From Octopus vulgaris (taxonomy: Eukaryota): a stretch of 64,000 nt of DNA. The stretch spans positions 15,996,001-16,060,000 of the forward strand of contig OX597828.1 of NCBI GenBank assembly GCA_951406725.2. The letters are read 5' to 3'. The position numbers and the translations under genes are program-made. Positions 9,447 through 23,846 of the stretch are shown here, in pieces (the stretch's first letter is position 1; the number at the start of each line of letters is the position of its first letter). Below the pieces are notes generated by a model that saw only the letters and a program-made list of their open reading frames with translations, was not told the DNA's origin and did no database searches.

Positions 9447-9761
9447 GGACTACAAATAGTTTAGTTGGACATGTTTGACCGCTACTCAAAAACTACTGAC
9501 CTTCGCTGTAAAGACACAACACTCAATTATCTTACTGACAGCCTACAGGTGGAAGGAAAATGCAGTTTATATGAGAGTCTTGTTAAGATAATCCAACTTA
9601 GCAGCTACAAGAGAGTAAGAATCTCAGAAAACGAACTTTTCTGCCAGTAAAAATGATTGATGGCAAACCGTATCACTTGACATGAACTTCATCTAATTCT
9701 TGGATGACTTGTGTTTTTTCTTCTTTATTTGTCTATTTAGTTTTATTTATATACATGTATA

Positions 9762-9858
<97 letters not shown>

Positions 9859-9895
9859 ACACATACGCGCGCGCGCACAGATGCACATGCACATA

Positions 9896-10040
9896 GGCGA
9901 AAGAGTGGCTGTGTGGTAAGATATTTGCTTTCCAACCACATGATTTCGGGTTCAGTACCTCTGTGTGGCACCTTGGGCAAGTGTCTTCTACTATAGCCTC
10001 GTGAGTGGATTTGGTAAACAGAAACTGAAAGAAGCCCGTC

Positions 10041-10102
<62 letters not shown>

Positions 10103-10309
10103 TTGTGTGCCTGTATTCGTCTCCCCATCATCGTTTGCACCCGATGTTGGTGTGTTTACGTCTCCGTAAATTAGCGATTCGGCAAAAGTAGCCGATACAA
10201 TAAGTACTAGGCTTGCAAAGAATAAATCCAGGGGTCGATTTGTTCGTCTAAAGGTGGTGCTCTAGCATGGCCGTAGTTAAATAACTGAAACAAGTAAAAA
10301 ATAAAAGAA
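9896..10309 (+). mobile_element. SINE family A, near full length (tRNA-like head, central (TA)n(TG)n, conserved tail)
   Basis: A-box-like TGGCTGTGTGG and B-box-like GGTTCAGTACC; colinear with the copies at 13095 and 36130. Confidence 0.85.
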
Positions 10310-10599
10310 TATCTATCTATATATATATATATATATTATTCTTTGTGCGTGTGTGTATGTATATATTTTTATAGCATTTAGAGGAATAACTTGTTAATCT
10401 TATTACTACTACTATTGCTTGCTGCTTCCTTGTTTGCTTGCTTGAAGCTGGTGGTGGTGGTGCTGCTGCTACTACTACTACAATTACTATTACTAACTAT
10501 TTCACCCACTCTTTTCCGGCTCATTGTATTACCCTTTCTCTATGTCAAAAGCTCACAGAGAGCAGTTATATGTGTGTGTGTGTGTCAATGATTATGCGC

Positions 10600-11262
<663 letters not shown>

Positions 11263-11339
11263 TTTACAGTAGTGTCCCCACATCTAGTAAGAAGCTGTTG
11301 CTGCACGCGCAGACGTCCAAGACTTCATCCAAAGATAGA

Positions 11340-11640
11340 CCACTCGACTGATTGGCAAGAAATCTCCCATTCTCTTACCAACGTCCTCCAACCCCTGTCT
11401 CACAGACGTGCTGTCTCCACTCCTCCGTACTTCCCCCTCTCCTCAGCCTCATCCTGATATTACTACAGTGGACTTTGCTCTTCAGAGTTGTCTGGTCACG
11501 TGTCACCTCGATCCAGGTATTGTGGAATGAATTGTTACTTACTCTTCTCTCACATACCACGTATCCACTATCCGAGACACACAACTTACCTCAACGTCCA
11601 GTCTTTCTCTCCTTGGAGTTTTCCTCCTCTCGAATCCAAT
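11340..11640 (+). pseudogene. Degenerate 3' end of a CR1/L2-group LINE ORF2
   Basis: [15 protein letters not shown] and a downstream LWN resemble the conserved LxPLxHRR...LWNxLP C-terminus of CR1-group LINEs. Confidence 0.45.
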
Positions 11641-11810
11641 CCTTGTGCATGTGTTTTTTGTTGTATTTATTTTATCGACTTACAATTGCCAATGAGGAGC
11701 GTTTAACAATGTGTATCTTAAATATCCCGCAAGGCGTATAAAGTCCCTAGATAGGGCACAGCGTTTACCACCGGAGCATGCAAATAAAACCCTCCTCCGA
11801 AAATGATATA

Positions 11811-12460
11811 TACCTACCTACCTACCTACCTACCTACCTACCTACCTACCTACCTACCTACCTACCTACCTACCTACCTACCTACCTACTTACCTACTAC
11901 CTACCTACCTTCCTAGCTACCTGCTTACCTACATACCTACTTACCTACCTACCTACCAACCTACCTACCTACCTACCTTACTACCTACCTACCTACCTAC
12001 CTACCTACCTACCAACCTTACTACCTACCTACCTTCCTACCTACCTACCTACCTACCTACCTACCTACCTACCTACCTACCTACTTACCTACCTACCTTC
12101 CCAGCTACCTGCTTACCTACATACTACCTACCTACCTACCTACCTACCTACCTACCTACCTACCTACCTACCTACCTACCTACCTACCTACCTATCTACC
12201 TACCTTCCTACTTACATACCTACCTACCTACCTACTTACATACCTACCTTCCTACCTACTTACCTACCTACCTACCTACCTACCTACCTACCTACCTACC
12301 TACCTACCTACCTACCTACCTACCTACCTACCAACCTACCAACCTACCTACCTACCTAGCAACCTACCTAGCTACCTAGCTACCTAGCTACCTAGCTACC
12401 TACCTACTTACCTACATAGCTAAATACTTATCTACCTGATAACCTACAAACCTACCTACC
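11811..12460. repeat. (TACC)n tetranucleotide array
   Basis: Directly visible. Confidence 0.97.
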
Positions 12461-12661
12461 TTGGGAGTCTTAGGGAAATTTCTAGGTCTTGGGGAAATTT
12501 CGAACCTGGGTTCTCATTCCTAAGACACCTGAAGAAGGCTGGATGATATATCAAACATTGTGATAACAGCAAAGAAGATGAAGACAAATATCCGTCAAAT
12601 GTAAATAATGTAAATAATGTAAATAATGTACATAATTCCTCATCTCTTAAATATAGAACTG
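12459..12661 (+). mobile_element. 3' part of a non-autonomous Penelope-like repeat (same family as 19040-19394)
   Basis: Shares ACACCTGAAG...GACAAATATC...(ATGTAAATA)n with 19304-19390; its terminus CATCTCTTAAATATAGAACTG is the reverse complement of 19040-19060. Confidence 0.7.
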
Positions 12662-13047
12662 TTCTGATCCTCCTGTATATTTTACCACAAACAAGGATCT
12701 TTTCAGCTCCCTCGTTTATAGATACATAATACATACATACAAACATACATACAACATACATACATACATACATACATACATACATACATACATACAAATA
12801 TATATGTATGTATGTATAGTAATATAGTAATAATAACAATAATCCTTGGATGCAATTCGTAACTATTTTAGAATGCATCGCTACGTACGTTTCCAAAGAT
12901 TACCACATTTATCCTACATTATATCGATACAGCACGGCGAGACTCTAAAGGACTGGTTCACTAGTCATCATCATTAAACTGTGGCCGGCATAATGGAATA
13001 GGAGCTTTATTTGCATATTCAAAACGTTTCCCGTAAACAAATTTAAA

Positions 13048-13094
<47 letters not shown>

Positions 13095-13096
<2 letters not shown>

Positions 13097-13503
13097 CGCA
13101 TGCGTAGTCGTGGCTGTGTAGTAAGAAGCTTGCTTCCCAACCACATGGCTCCGGTTCAGTCTCACTGCATGGCATCTTGGGCAAGTGTCGTCTGCTATAG
13201 CGTCGGGCCGACCAAAGCCTTGTGAGTGGATATGACAGACGGAAACCGAAAGAAGCCCGTCGTATTTATATATATGTATATATATATATATATGTGTGTG
13301 TGTGTCTTTGTGTCTGCCTTTGTCTCCCCACTACAACTTGACAACTGGTGTCTTTATATCCCCGTAACATAGCGGTTCGGCAAAAGGGGTATTAAATAAG
13401 TACCAGGCTTAAAAAATACGTACCGGAGTCAATTCATTCGACTAAAATTTCAAGGTGGTGCTCCAGCACGGCCACAGTCTAATGACTAGAACAAGTGAAA
13501 GAA
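13095..13503 (+). mobile_element. SINE family A, full length
   Basis: Head, central (TA)n(TG)n and tail colinear with the other copies. Confidence 0.85.
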
Positions 13504-13506
13504 TAT

Positions 13507-13574
<68 letters not shown>

Positions 13575-13575
<1 letters not shown>

Positions 13576-13980
13576 CTTCTCTGGATCTTTCCTTCTCCTA
13601 TGTTTCCGACGAACAGCTCCGCTCGAAACGTTAAACCCTCCTTCTTTCCTTCTTTCCTGAGCGTCCAATAATACTATATTTGTTCCACGTCCCCGCGTTG
13701 TTGTGTTTTTTTTTTGTGCTTTCATGTTTGGAGTAACTTTATATATATATATATTCGCTATGACTATATATATATATATATATATATATTCGCTATGGCA
13801 GATCGCTAGCTACTAAACGTCTTTTATTTTTCTCTCCTTGTTTATTTCTGTGTTCCTTTCTGTCGAAGAGCGTAGGCTCGAAACATAAAAGACTTCCTCA
13901 CTTCCCCGAGCGTTAAACTCATACATCTGTTTCTTTTTAACACACCCGTCTTGTCATTTGTTTTGTTTTTTTGTGAATTC

Positions 13981-13985
<5 letters not shown>
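13575..13985 (+). mobile_element. Two Penelope pLTR-like fragments carrying hammerhead-like motifs
   Basis: CCGACGA-ACAGCTCCGCTC-GAAACGTT (13602-13636) and CTGTCGA-AGAGCGTAGGCTC-GAAAC (13856-13891). The second fragment is homologous to 42138-42285 on the minus strand. Confidence 0.55.
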
Positions 13986-14052
<67 letters not shown>

Positions 14053-14081
14053 TCGAATAAAAACATGATGCCAAGGATTCA

Positions 14082-14159
14082 GCGGTACATATGTTTCGGG
14101 CCTTTATTAGACGGATTTATAACAATGCATAATGTGTGTCTATGGCCTTCTTCAGCCGC
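14082..14159 (-). ncRNA. Type I hammerhead ribozyme motif
   Basis: Minus strand: GCGG-CTGAAGA-AGGCC...GGCCC-GAAA-CATATG-TA-CCGC, with stem I GCGG/CCGC, palindromic stem III and a GUA cleavage triplet. Confidence 0.7.
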
Positions 14160-14247
14160 GCACAACTACTACCTCAAGGACATGTATTACATCAAAACTT
14201 CTACGTTGGGGATGCAAATCCTCTCATTCGCGTACGACATAATGCGG

Positions 14248-14292
<45 letters not shown>

Positions 14293-14727
14293 GACGAGCT
14301 TCTTTCAGTTTTCGTCTACCAAATTCACTCACGACACTTTAATGTACCCGAGGCTATGGGAGAGGACTCAGTGAGACAGAACTCAGAACCATGTGCTCGA
14401 GAAACAAGATGCTTTCAAAGTGTTCTGCATTGAGAGGTTTCAAAAGTATAAAGCAGATCTCCCCATCCGCTGGTCTAAGCACTCACCTCTTAACGCACGT
14501 GTGTGCGCGCCTGTATAGCTGTATGATACTGTGAATTATTAGGAGAAGCTAACTATGGCTACAATAACGTTCAGTGAAGTTTTACGCAGCAGCTTTTTCA
14601 CCATCGAAACCTTCTTGATTCCATTGGTTCATGAAGTTTAAATTGATTTAATTAATGCTAACATAGTGTTGCTATAGATATCACGTAGGGATATGTATTG
14701 AAAACTTGTTATCTTCTCTCTCTCTCT

Positions 14728-14777
<50 letters not shown>

Positions 14778-14813
14778 ATTTATCTATCGAAATATCTATA
14801 TAGGCAGTATACT

Positions 14814-14864
<51 letters not shown>

Positions 14865-14887
14865 CATACATAAACATATATGTGAGG

Positions 14888-14930
<43 letters not shown>

Positions 14931-15698
14931 TTCATATATACATACTTACACACACATACGCACACACACACACATATATATATAGATATATACACATATA
15001 CATATATATATTTTCATATATATATATATATTATATACATCTACATCCAAGTATTTGTCTATCTATCTATCTATCTATCTATCTATATTGGTGCACACAC
15101 GAATATGTTTGAATGTATGTATTAATGTAGGCATGTATATTTGCAGGACAGTATGTACATATGTTTGTGTATGTGTATGTGTGTGTGCTTGTGTCTTTGT
15201 GTGTGTGTACGTGTGTATGTATGTTTGTATGTATGTATGTATGTATGTGTATATATATATATATATACATACACGCATATATGTATATGATTATGAATAT
15301 ATATATTTATACAAATATATATATTTATACATATGTATACATGCATACATACGTACATATATGCACACATTTATGTACACATGTGAAGTAATATATGTGT
15401 GTGTGTGTGTGTGTGTGTGTCTGTGTGTGTGTGCAGAAGCTGTTCCGTTCTGACTTAAGCGTTCTTGACAGATTGACATTTCCTATATCTACCGCAATTA
15501 GTCTCAAAATAAACTCAAGTTCAAATGACACACACACACACACAAACACACATGCAGACATCTACACATGCAGACATCTACAAACAGACACGCACATATG
15601 CACAGCACACACAAACACAAATACGTACATGCACACAGACGGATTTACTCTGATTGCTAAGCACATACACATGCAAGCAGATTTAAACAGATCAAACA

Positions 15699-15732
<34 letters not shown>

Positions 15733-16964
15733 CCACACACACACACTGAAGCACGTACAGTCATATTTATACTCGCACACACATACATGCATGCGCATTC
15801 ACAAACACATGCAGAAGGATAAATACATACATAATACATACATACACACACATACATAAGTACATGCGTACATAAATATACAGACATACATACTTACATA
15901 TACAGATACACACTGACGCAAATACATAGAATAACCAAGTCATATACATACCTACATACACACACCTACATACACACACCTACATACACACACACAAGAT
16001 ATACGCATACTCAGACATGTTGATATACACACGCGCAATGACACTCGAATACACTTACTCAAAGACGCATACATACACAGAAATAGGAAATATATATATA
16101 TACGCATAAAGAAGTTTACACAGTCACACACGCATACACACGTACAGACACAAACATGCGCGCCCGCAAACGTACACATGCACAAACGTATATACATACA
16201 TACATATATACATATATATATATACATACATATATACATATATACATACATATATACATACATACATACATACATACATACATACGTACGTAAGTACATA
16301 CATACGTACGTACATACATACGTACGTACATACATACATACATACATACGTATGTACGTACATACATACATACGTATGTACATACATACATACATACATA
16401 CATACATACATACATACATACATACATACATCAAAATAAGGATGAAAAGGGCCTTCCCAAGCCATAGGTTCATAAGGATGGTTTTCCGGATTTGAAGCGT
16501 ATATGTTTTCTTCATCCCACGTGGAGCAACGTGAAACGAAGTGTTTTACTTAAGAATACAACGCATCGCCCGATTCACGAATCGAAACTATAATCTTAAG
16601 ATCATGAGTGCAACATTAAACCGAGTGCCTACAAGTACACATACACACACACACACACACACGCACACACGCACACACACACACGCACACATACACATAC
16701 ACACACACACAAATACGTGCATATATACAAAATACATATGTGCATGTCCACATTTACAAGTGTATGCATGAGACAGACATACATACCATACACATACCAA
16801 TACATGCACGTATACATACATACATACATAGATACATTGATACATACATACATACATACATACATACATGCATTCATACATACATACATGCATACATACA
16901 TACATACATACATACATACATACATACATACATACATGCATACATGCATACATGCATTCATACA

Positions 16965-17099
16965 TACAGATCCAATCCATCACTGGAACTGTAAAATCTG
17001 TAGAACTTTTCAGAGGTTTATCATTTAAGTATATATGAACATGTCTAGATATGCAACTAGATGCATGAGAATACATACATAAAACATACAAATCTGCAC
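16965..17099 (+). mobile_element. 5'-truncated copy of the R4/Dong-type LINE at 47541-49826, inside (CATA)n
   Basis: TACAGATCCAATCCATCACTGGAACTGTAAAA...AATCTGCAC aligns with 49686-49826. Confidence 0.85.
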
Positions 17100-17181
17100 G
17101 TGCATACATACATGCATACATACATAAATACACACACACATACATACATACATACATACATACACATACATACATACATAC

Positions 17182-17213
<32 letters not shown>

Positions 17214-17392
17214 CAAACAAACAAATATATCCTGTTGTTGATATTGAAACTCCAATGAAGGAACATTGGATCAAGGTTAGAAAGCGGTTCTTTCTCCATT
17301 GGCAAGAAATCTTGACATAAATCTGAATAATAGCATACATACATACATACATGCATGCATACATATATATATTCTTCCCCTTCCTCTCCTTT

Positions 17393-17457
17393 TTCTTCTT
17401 CTTCTTCTTCTTCTTCTTCTTCTTCTTCTTCTTCTTCTTCTTCTTCTTCTTCTTCTT

Positions 17458-17487
<30 letters not shown>
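17393..17487. repeat. (CTT)n microsatellite
   Basis: Directly visible. Confidence 0.97.
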
Positions 17488-17488
<1 letters not shown>

Positions 17489-17859
17489 AATCTTTACGTC
17501 CTCATTAGAATATTAACTTTCCCCGTCCTGATTTGAGTTCGATTAAAGTGAGGATTCGTTTCTCCAAATGAGTTTGCCATTTCTTGCTTTGTATGTCCGC
17601 AGCCAACTTCTGTGTCATTTCTGGTAACATAAACCAACGAAGGAGACCTCTATACAGTCAATCAAATTGCTAGAAAATCGTAGCCAAATATCCATGAAAT
17701 TGCAAGGTACTCTCTTAAAAACTAAAGAAGGGCGCATGAGTTAATGAAATCCTTGATACAACTAACTCTTTAAATAAAAGACGTGATGGTCGCGGTTGTA
17801 AAGTCTTTGATACTAAATCGTTTCTTTCAGAGACGGTGTTGGGTTAAACAGCAACATCA

Positions 17860-18045
17860 GTGGAGGCGCAATGGCCCAGTGGTTAGAGCAGCGGACTTGC
17901 GGTCGTAAGAACGAGGTTTCGATTCCCAGACCGGGCATTGTGAGTGTTTATTGAGCAAAAACACCTAAGCTTCATGAAGAGGTGATGGTGAACCCCGCTG
18001 TATTCTTTCACCACAACTTTCTTTCACTCTTTCTTCCTACTTCTG
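17860..18045 (+). mobile_element. SINE family C head (tRNA-derived)
   Basis: GTGGAGGCGCAATGGCCCAGTGGTTAGAGCAGCGGAC...GTTTCGATTCCC with A and B boxes; homologous to 41043 (+) and 46792 (-). Confidence 0.8.
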
Positions 18046-18980
18046 CCACAAAGCAGAGGAGCCATCGTGTAACCCACTATGGTGTGGTAAACTTTCAGAC
18101 CCTAGTCTAGATTGCGAATCCTTTGTACCCCAGGATGGTTCAGCTCTCCACCCGTTAAAAGCCACCGTTTACGGAATGAGGATAACAACATAGCTTTCGC
18201 GCCCGTGCAACCACCAGTCTATCGCGTGTGGTGGGTGGATCTTCAAGTTGCCACACGCACTCTTAGTAGCTTAGAGTAGGCTCGAATTAGAGATTATCCT
18301 TTGTGGCTAATGACGTGAGTCCTGATTGGAAGAAGAAGAACACAGCAACACCATAAACAACTACAACAATGTTAAGCTGTATCAACGTATTCTCTCTTCT
18401 TCTAGCTCTGAGTTATCAAATGGGGGAGAGATTTTCACACTTGTCACTTTGTCATCATTCTCAGACATGCATTTTCAAGAGGACATTTCAACGACGAAAC
18501 AACGCGTGATATCACGAGATCGGCAGTATACTGTTTATAAATCAATACGGATCAATCGCCATTCGCATTGTAGGCGGCATTGTTTGTCCTGTATCGTATT
18601 TTATTTTTGTTCGGCCACATCAAACGTTGTTTCAAGCGCACAACTCCACAGTGTTCCGTGAGTGATCAATGCCATATGCTCTTACGTCAGAAGCTTTCTC
18701 CCAACGATCATATTTATTCCTTTTTTGTTATAATTGTGTCCATTTAACAGCTGCTCTTTTTATGTCAATCTTCAGCGTTTTGAGAACAAAGACGAACCAA
18801 CATCGATGCTGATCTTTCATCTCTATAGTTAATTTAGTGTTAACGTATTTAATGCAAGCAGCAAGCACCAAAATAGCCAAATATTAAAAATTATGCGTTG
18901 CTAACAAAAAAAAAAAATAAAGCAGCATTAGTCATTGATTAATAGTAATTTGATTTTTTTTCAGCATGTGCAAAAAACAA

Positions 18981-19020
18981 CTTCGAATATGTTTCGGTAT
19001 TATTTTACCTCATCAGAAAG
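18981..19020 (-). ncRNA. Minimal type I hammerhead ribozyme motif (stem III degenerate)
   Basis: Minus strand: CTTT-CTGATGA-GGTA-AAATAA-TACC-GAAA-CATAT-TC-GAAG. Confidence 0.6.
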
Positions 19021-19039
19021 ATGTATACTTCACTGTTTT

Positions 19040-19188
19040 CAGTTCTATATTTAAGAGATGAGAAATTATGTACCTTATTTACATTATTTACATTATTTAC
19101 ATATGCCCACGGGCATATGGCGTAGTGGTTAAGAGCGTGGGCTACTAACCCTAAGATTCCGAATTCGATTTCAAGCAGTGACCTGAAC

Positions 19189-19247
<59 letters not shown>

Positions 19248-19394
19248 TAATAATATCGAAAAATACCTTAGGAATGAGAACCCAGGTTCGAAATTTCCCC
19301 AAGACACCTGAAGTATATATCAGCCGAAACGATGTGTTAGCAACAAACAAGCTGAGGACAAATATCTGTCGAATGTAAATAATGTAAATAAGGT
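19040..19394 (+). mobile_element. Composite element: inverted tail copy, tRNA-like head, (AAT)n and hammerhead-bearing Penelope-like tail
   Basis: 19040-19102 is the reverse complement of the family tail; TGGCGTAGTGG A-box at 19118-19128; (AAT)n at about 19186-19255; tail homologous to 12525-12661. Confidence 0.65.
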
Positions 19395-19572
19395 TCAATG
19401 TTTTCGTCGAAGTAACGACGAGAGAATTAATTAGTTAGTATACAATAACATACCCAGGCTGGTGTACAAAATTAGAAATGTTTCAGTGATTAAAGGTTTT
19501 TGAAATGCTATTAGCGTAAATATAAAAGACATTCTTTATAGTAGTAAGATATTTATTATTATTATTATTATT

Positions 19573-20023
19573 GAGTGAGAAAATAGTGCATGCCAATTAA
19601 GTAACACTGGGATAAAATATACGAAGCCCAGTTTACTCATCGTGGCTACCCGTCTGATAAGGGTACTCTAGGCACATGCATCACAACCATATGTGCGCGA
19701 CATGGTGATCTCATATCAAGATAAACAGCACATGATCTTGCAGGTGGGGGCCCAGTTAGAATTTTCTTCTGGTCGAGTAACCCATCCCGCTCAAAAGGTC
19801 CCTGAATAAGGGTTGTTTAAGGATGTTGAACGAAACACCAATGTTTCCAGAAGTGAATTGTTCAAACCCTAAAGAATTCCTTTCAACACATGGCTATGAT
19901 GCGCCACCACTACTTCTACTCGTGATCAGAGATGCACACATCGTCAGCCACTAAGGGACATGTTCAACTAGTTAAGGTCAAACAATTGACAAGCAAATCT
20001 GTGGTATTAAGCAGAATATTTGC
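19573..20023 (-). mobile_element. About 450-bp complex insert inside (TAA)n, probably a LINE 3' end
   Basis: Non-repetitive block bounded on both sides by (TTA)n; no protein motif recognised. Confidence 0.35.
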
Positions 20024-20043
20024 TATTATCATTATTGTTGTTA

Positions 20044-20204
<161 letters not shown>

Positions 20205-20395
20205 GCACGCCGGGCAAAATGCTCAGTAGCATTTCGTCCGTGCCTACGTTCTGAGTTCAAATTCCGCCGAGGTAGACTTTACCTTTCATCCTTTCGGGGT
20301 CAATAAAACAAATAACAGTTGTGTATTGGGGGTGAGGGTCGATGTAATCGACTCCCTCTTCTACTGAAATTGCTGGCCTTGTGTGAAAAGTTGAA
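20205..20395 (+). mobile_element. SINE family B
   Basis: GCACGCCGGGC...TTCTGAGTTCAAATTCCGCCGAGG...CCTTTCATCCTTTCGGGGTC. Confidence 0.8.
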
Positions 20396-20795
20396 ATCTA
20401 TATTACAGGGCGAACCATCGGCTATGCTTAGATATACATGCAATTCTTCAGTGGTCCATAGATCTCATCGTATCTGCTAAATGGTTATGCGAGAACCATC
20501 AAGTCAATTTATAGCAAAAACAGAAACATTGACAGCGTTAATCTTAGAGGTGTTCCGCTATCAAGAACATGCAGAACTCTGTACGTGTATGGTTCCGGAA
20601 GGAAAATATCAGCCACTCAGCGAGGTATAGCATTTTATTGTAGTCGTTTGCAATTTTAGATAAAATGTCTAAAATTGATGAATACCTACAGGCTCCCCTC
20701 TCGCTGTTTGGGAAGGAATCTCCAACATTCAACTGGCGACCAAGTGAAATTTGCGGCAGAATGGACATGTCATACTCGGAAAGTCAAATATTTCA

Positions 20796-21739
<944 letters not shown>

Positions 21740-22069
21740 TGAGATATTCAACGACAGTAAGACTCCATTTTCCCGTGATCAAAAGTCTCGTGCAACTTGT
21801 ATTGATGTGATGAATTAAGTATTTCGGCTCATTGAATTGTATAAAGAATAAAGTCACGTTTTTCCGCACTTCTGAATGAAGAAACGAAAATATGATGCAT
21901 TTTCACACGAATGATTTAGCAATCATTAAAATCTCGATGTGTTGTTAAAGGAAATCATTTCTCGATTTACTGTTGCCAATCCTTTCTCGAGTGTTTTCGA
22001 ATATTTTTACTGATGAATCGCCATATGAAATCGCCAGATATGAAAGAAAATTCTCAAAATCTGTATCCG

Positions 22070-22201
22070 ATGAGAACTAGGAAATGGGAAGTTTTCTGGT
22101 TTAATGAATCTTATAGCTGAGACGTTAATGCTAATATTCTGGCTCTCATAAAGCAACACTTCCCGCCTACTCATAAATACAACAAATCCTTCTACACAAA
22201 T
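22070..22201 (+). pseudogene. Penelope-like element remnant (RT-endonuclease linker region)
   Basis: RKWEVFWFNESYS*DVNANILALIKQHFPPTHKYNKSF resembles the Penelope motif RxxxWFNPPYS...LIxKHFPxxHKxxKIF. Confidence 0.6.
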
Positions 22202-23096
22202 TTTTCAGTACAAAGTGTTGTCAAGAGAGGTATATGTTACTTTACCAGTCTTGACGACATTGTTCAGTCCATTACATGCCACAACTGAAAATATGCACAT
22301 TTGCACAGCAAACCTTCTAGTAGCCCACATGCAATTTTCAAAAGCGAACTAATTGCCCACTGCAATGTTACTGCTTTTCCGAGACCGTGGTATTCAGAAC
22401 AACGCTCAATCAACCGGATACTATCAACAGGAAGACTACAAGTCACGCCGTAAACAATTTCAAATGACAATATCTTCAAAATGTTCACACCTTGAAGACT
22501 GTATACCGGGAGGAAGCCCACTTCTCTGGTTTATTTCATTTGGAAACTTAGCGATCAAGCAAAAGACTGCGGTATTACCGGACTTAACCAGGAGCACCTT
22601 TGACAGTTTCCTCCTCCATTTTATACTAGTGATCATGGAACTGCTAGCCCTGCCTGTTCGATATGCTACACATCCTAAAGCAGTTTGCATCATACTCCAA
22701 ATAAAAATACGAATGAATGTCTCTAGCGACGAGTTTCAGTCAGTGAGAGTCAAGAAGTTTTCTTGCTAACGAAAGATAATATTTGCTTAAAATTTATATC
22801 GGTTTCTTTCCCCCGTACCTACAAATACACATTGAATTCTCTCACGTGATCAAATTACCAGTCGCAGGATTGTTTCTTTTGTCGTTATCATTTTACTTGT
22901 TTCAGTCATTGGACTGCGGCCATTCTGGGGTGGTACCTGTATACCTAAAAGCCTCAGAGTAATGCGCATTGGAATAATTACTTACTAACATACATATATA
23001 TATACTCAATATGGCGTATTAGTATATTTTACTTGATTACACATTTTTTCAGTTCTATGCATGCATTTATATTTTACATACATATATGTACATGTA

Positions 23097-23197
<101 letters not shown>

Positions 23198-23400
23198 GCC
23201 TGCCTGCCTGTCTATCTATCCATCTATGCATATATGAAGATGCATATAAGTATATATATATGTATATATTGCATACATGGATATACATAAACACATACAC
23301 ACACACACACATTCAATATATATGTATATATACTACATACATACATGCATACACACAAACATACATACGTATGTGTGTATGTGAGTGTGTAAGTGCGTGG

Positions 23401-23431
<31 letters not shown>

Positions 23432-23623
23432 TGTATGTATGTATGTATGTATGTATGTATGTATGTATGTATGTATGTATGCATGTATGTATATATGTGT
23501 GCAGAGGGTTATTCTAGAAAAACGTATGTCGCACACAAATAATTAGCAGAACCAAAAGGATTGCTTCGATAAACATGGCAGCCGTCTCAAGAGTAATTAT
23601 TCAACCCACCACCAAAGCCACCA

Positions 23624-23793
23624 ACCACCACCACCACCACCACCACCACCACCACCACCACCACCACCTCCACCACCGCCGCCGCCGCCACCACCACCAC
23701 CACAACCACCGCCACCGCCGCCGCCACCACCACCACCAGCACCACCACGCCCGCAAACATCACTGCCACAAGAAATTAACAACAACAGCAACA

Positions 23794-23846
<53 letters not shown>

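Noticed and set aside
19111-19185. Functional tRNA gene (also at 17860 and 41043)
   Set aside because: No complete cloverleaf or acceptor stem and a degenerate B box; these are SINE heads.
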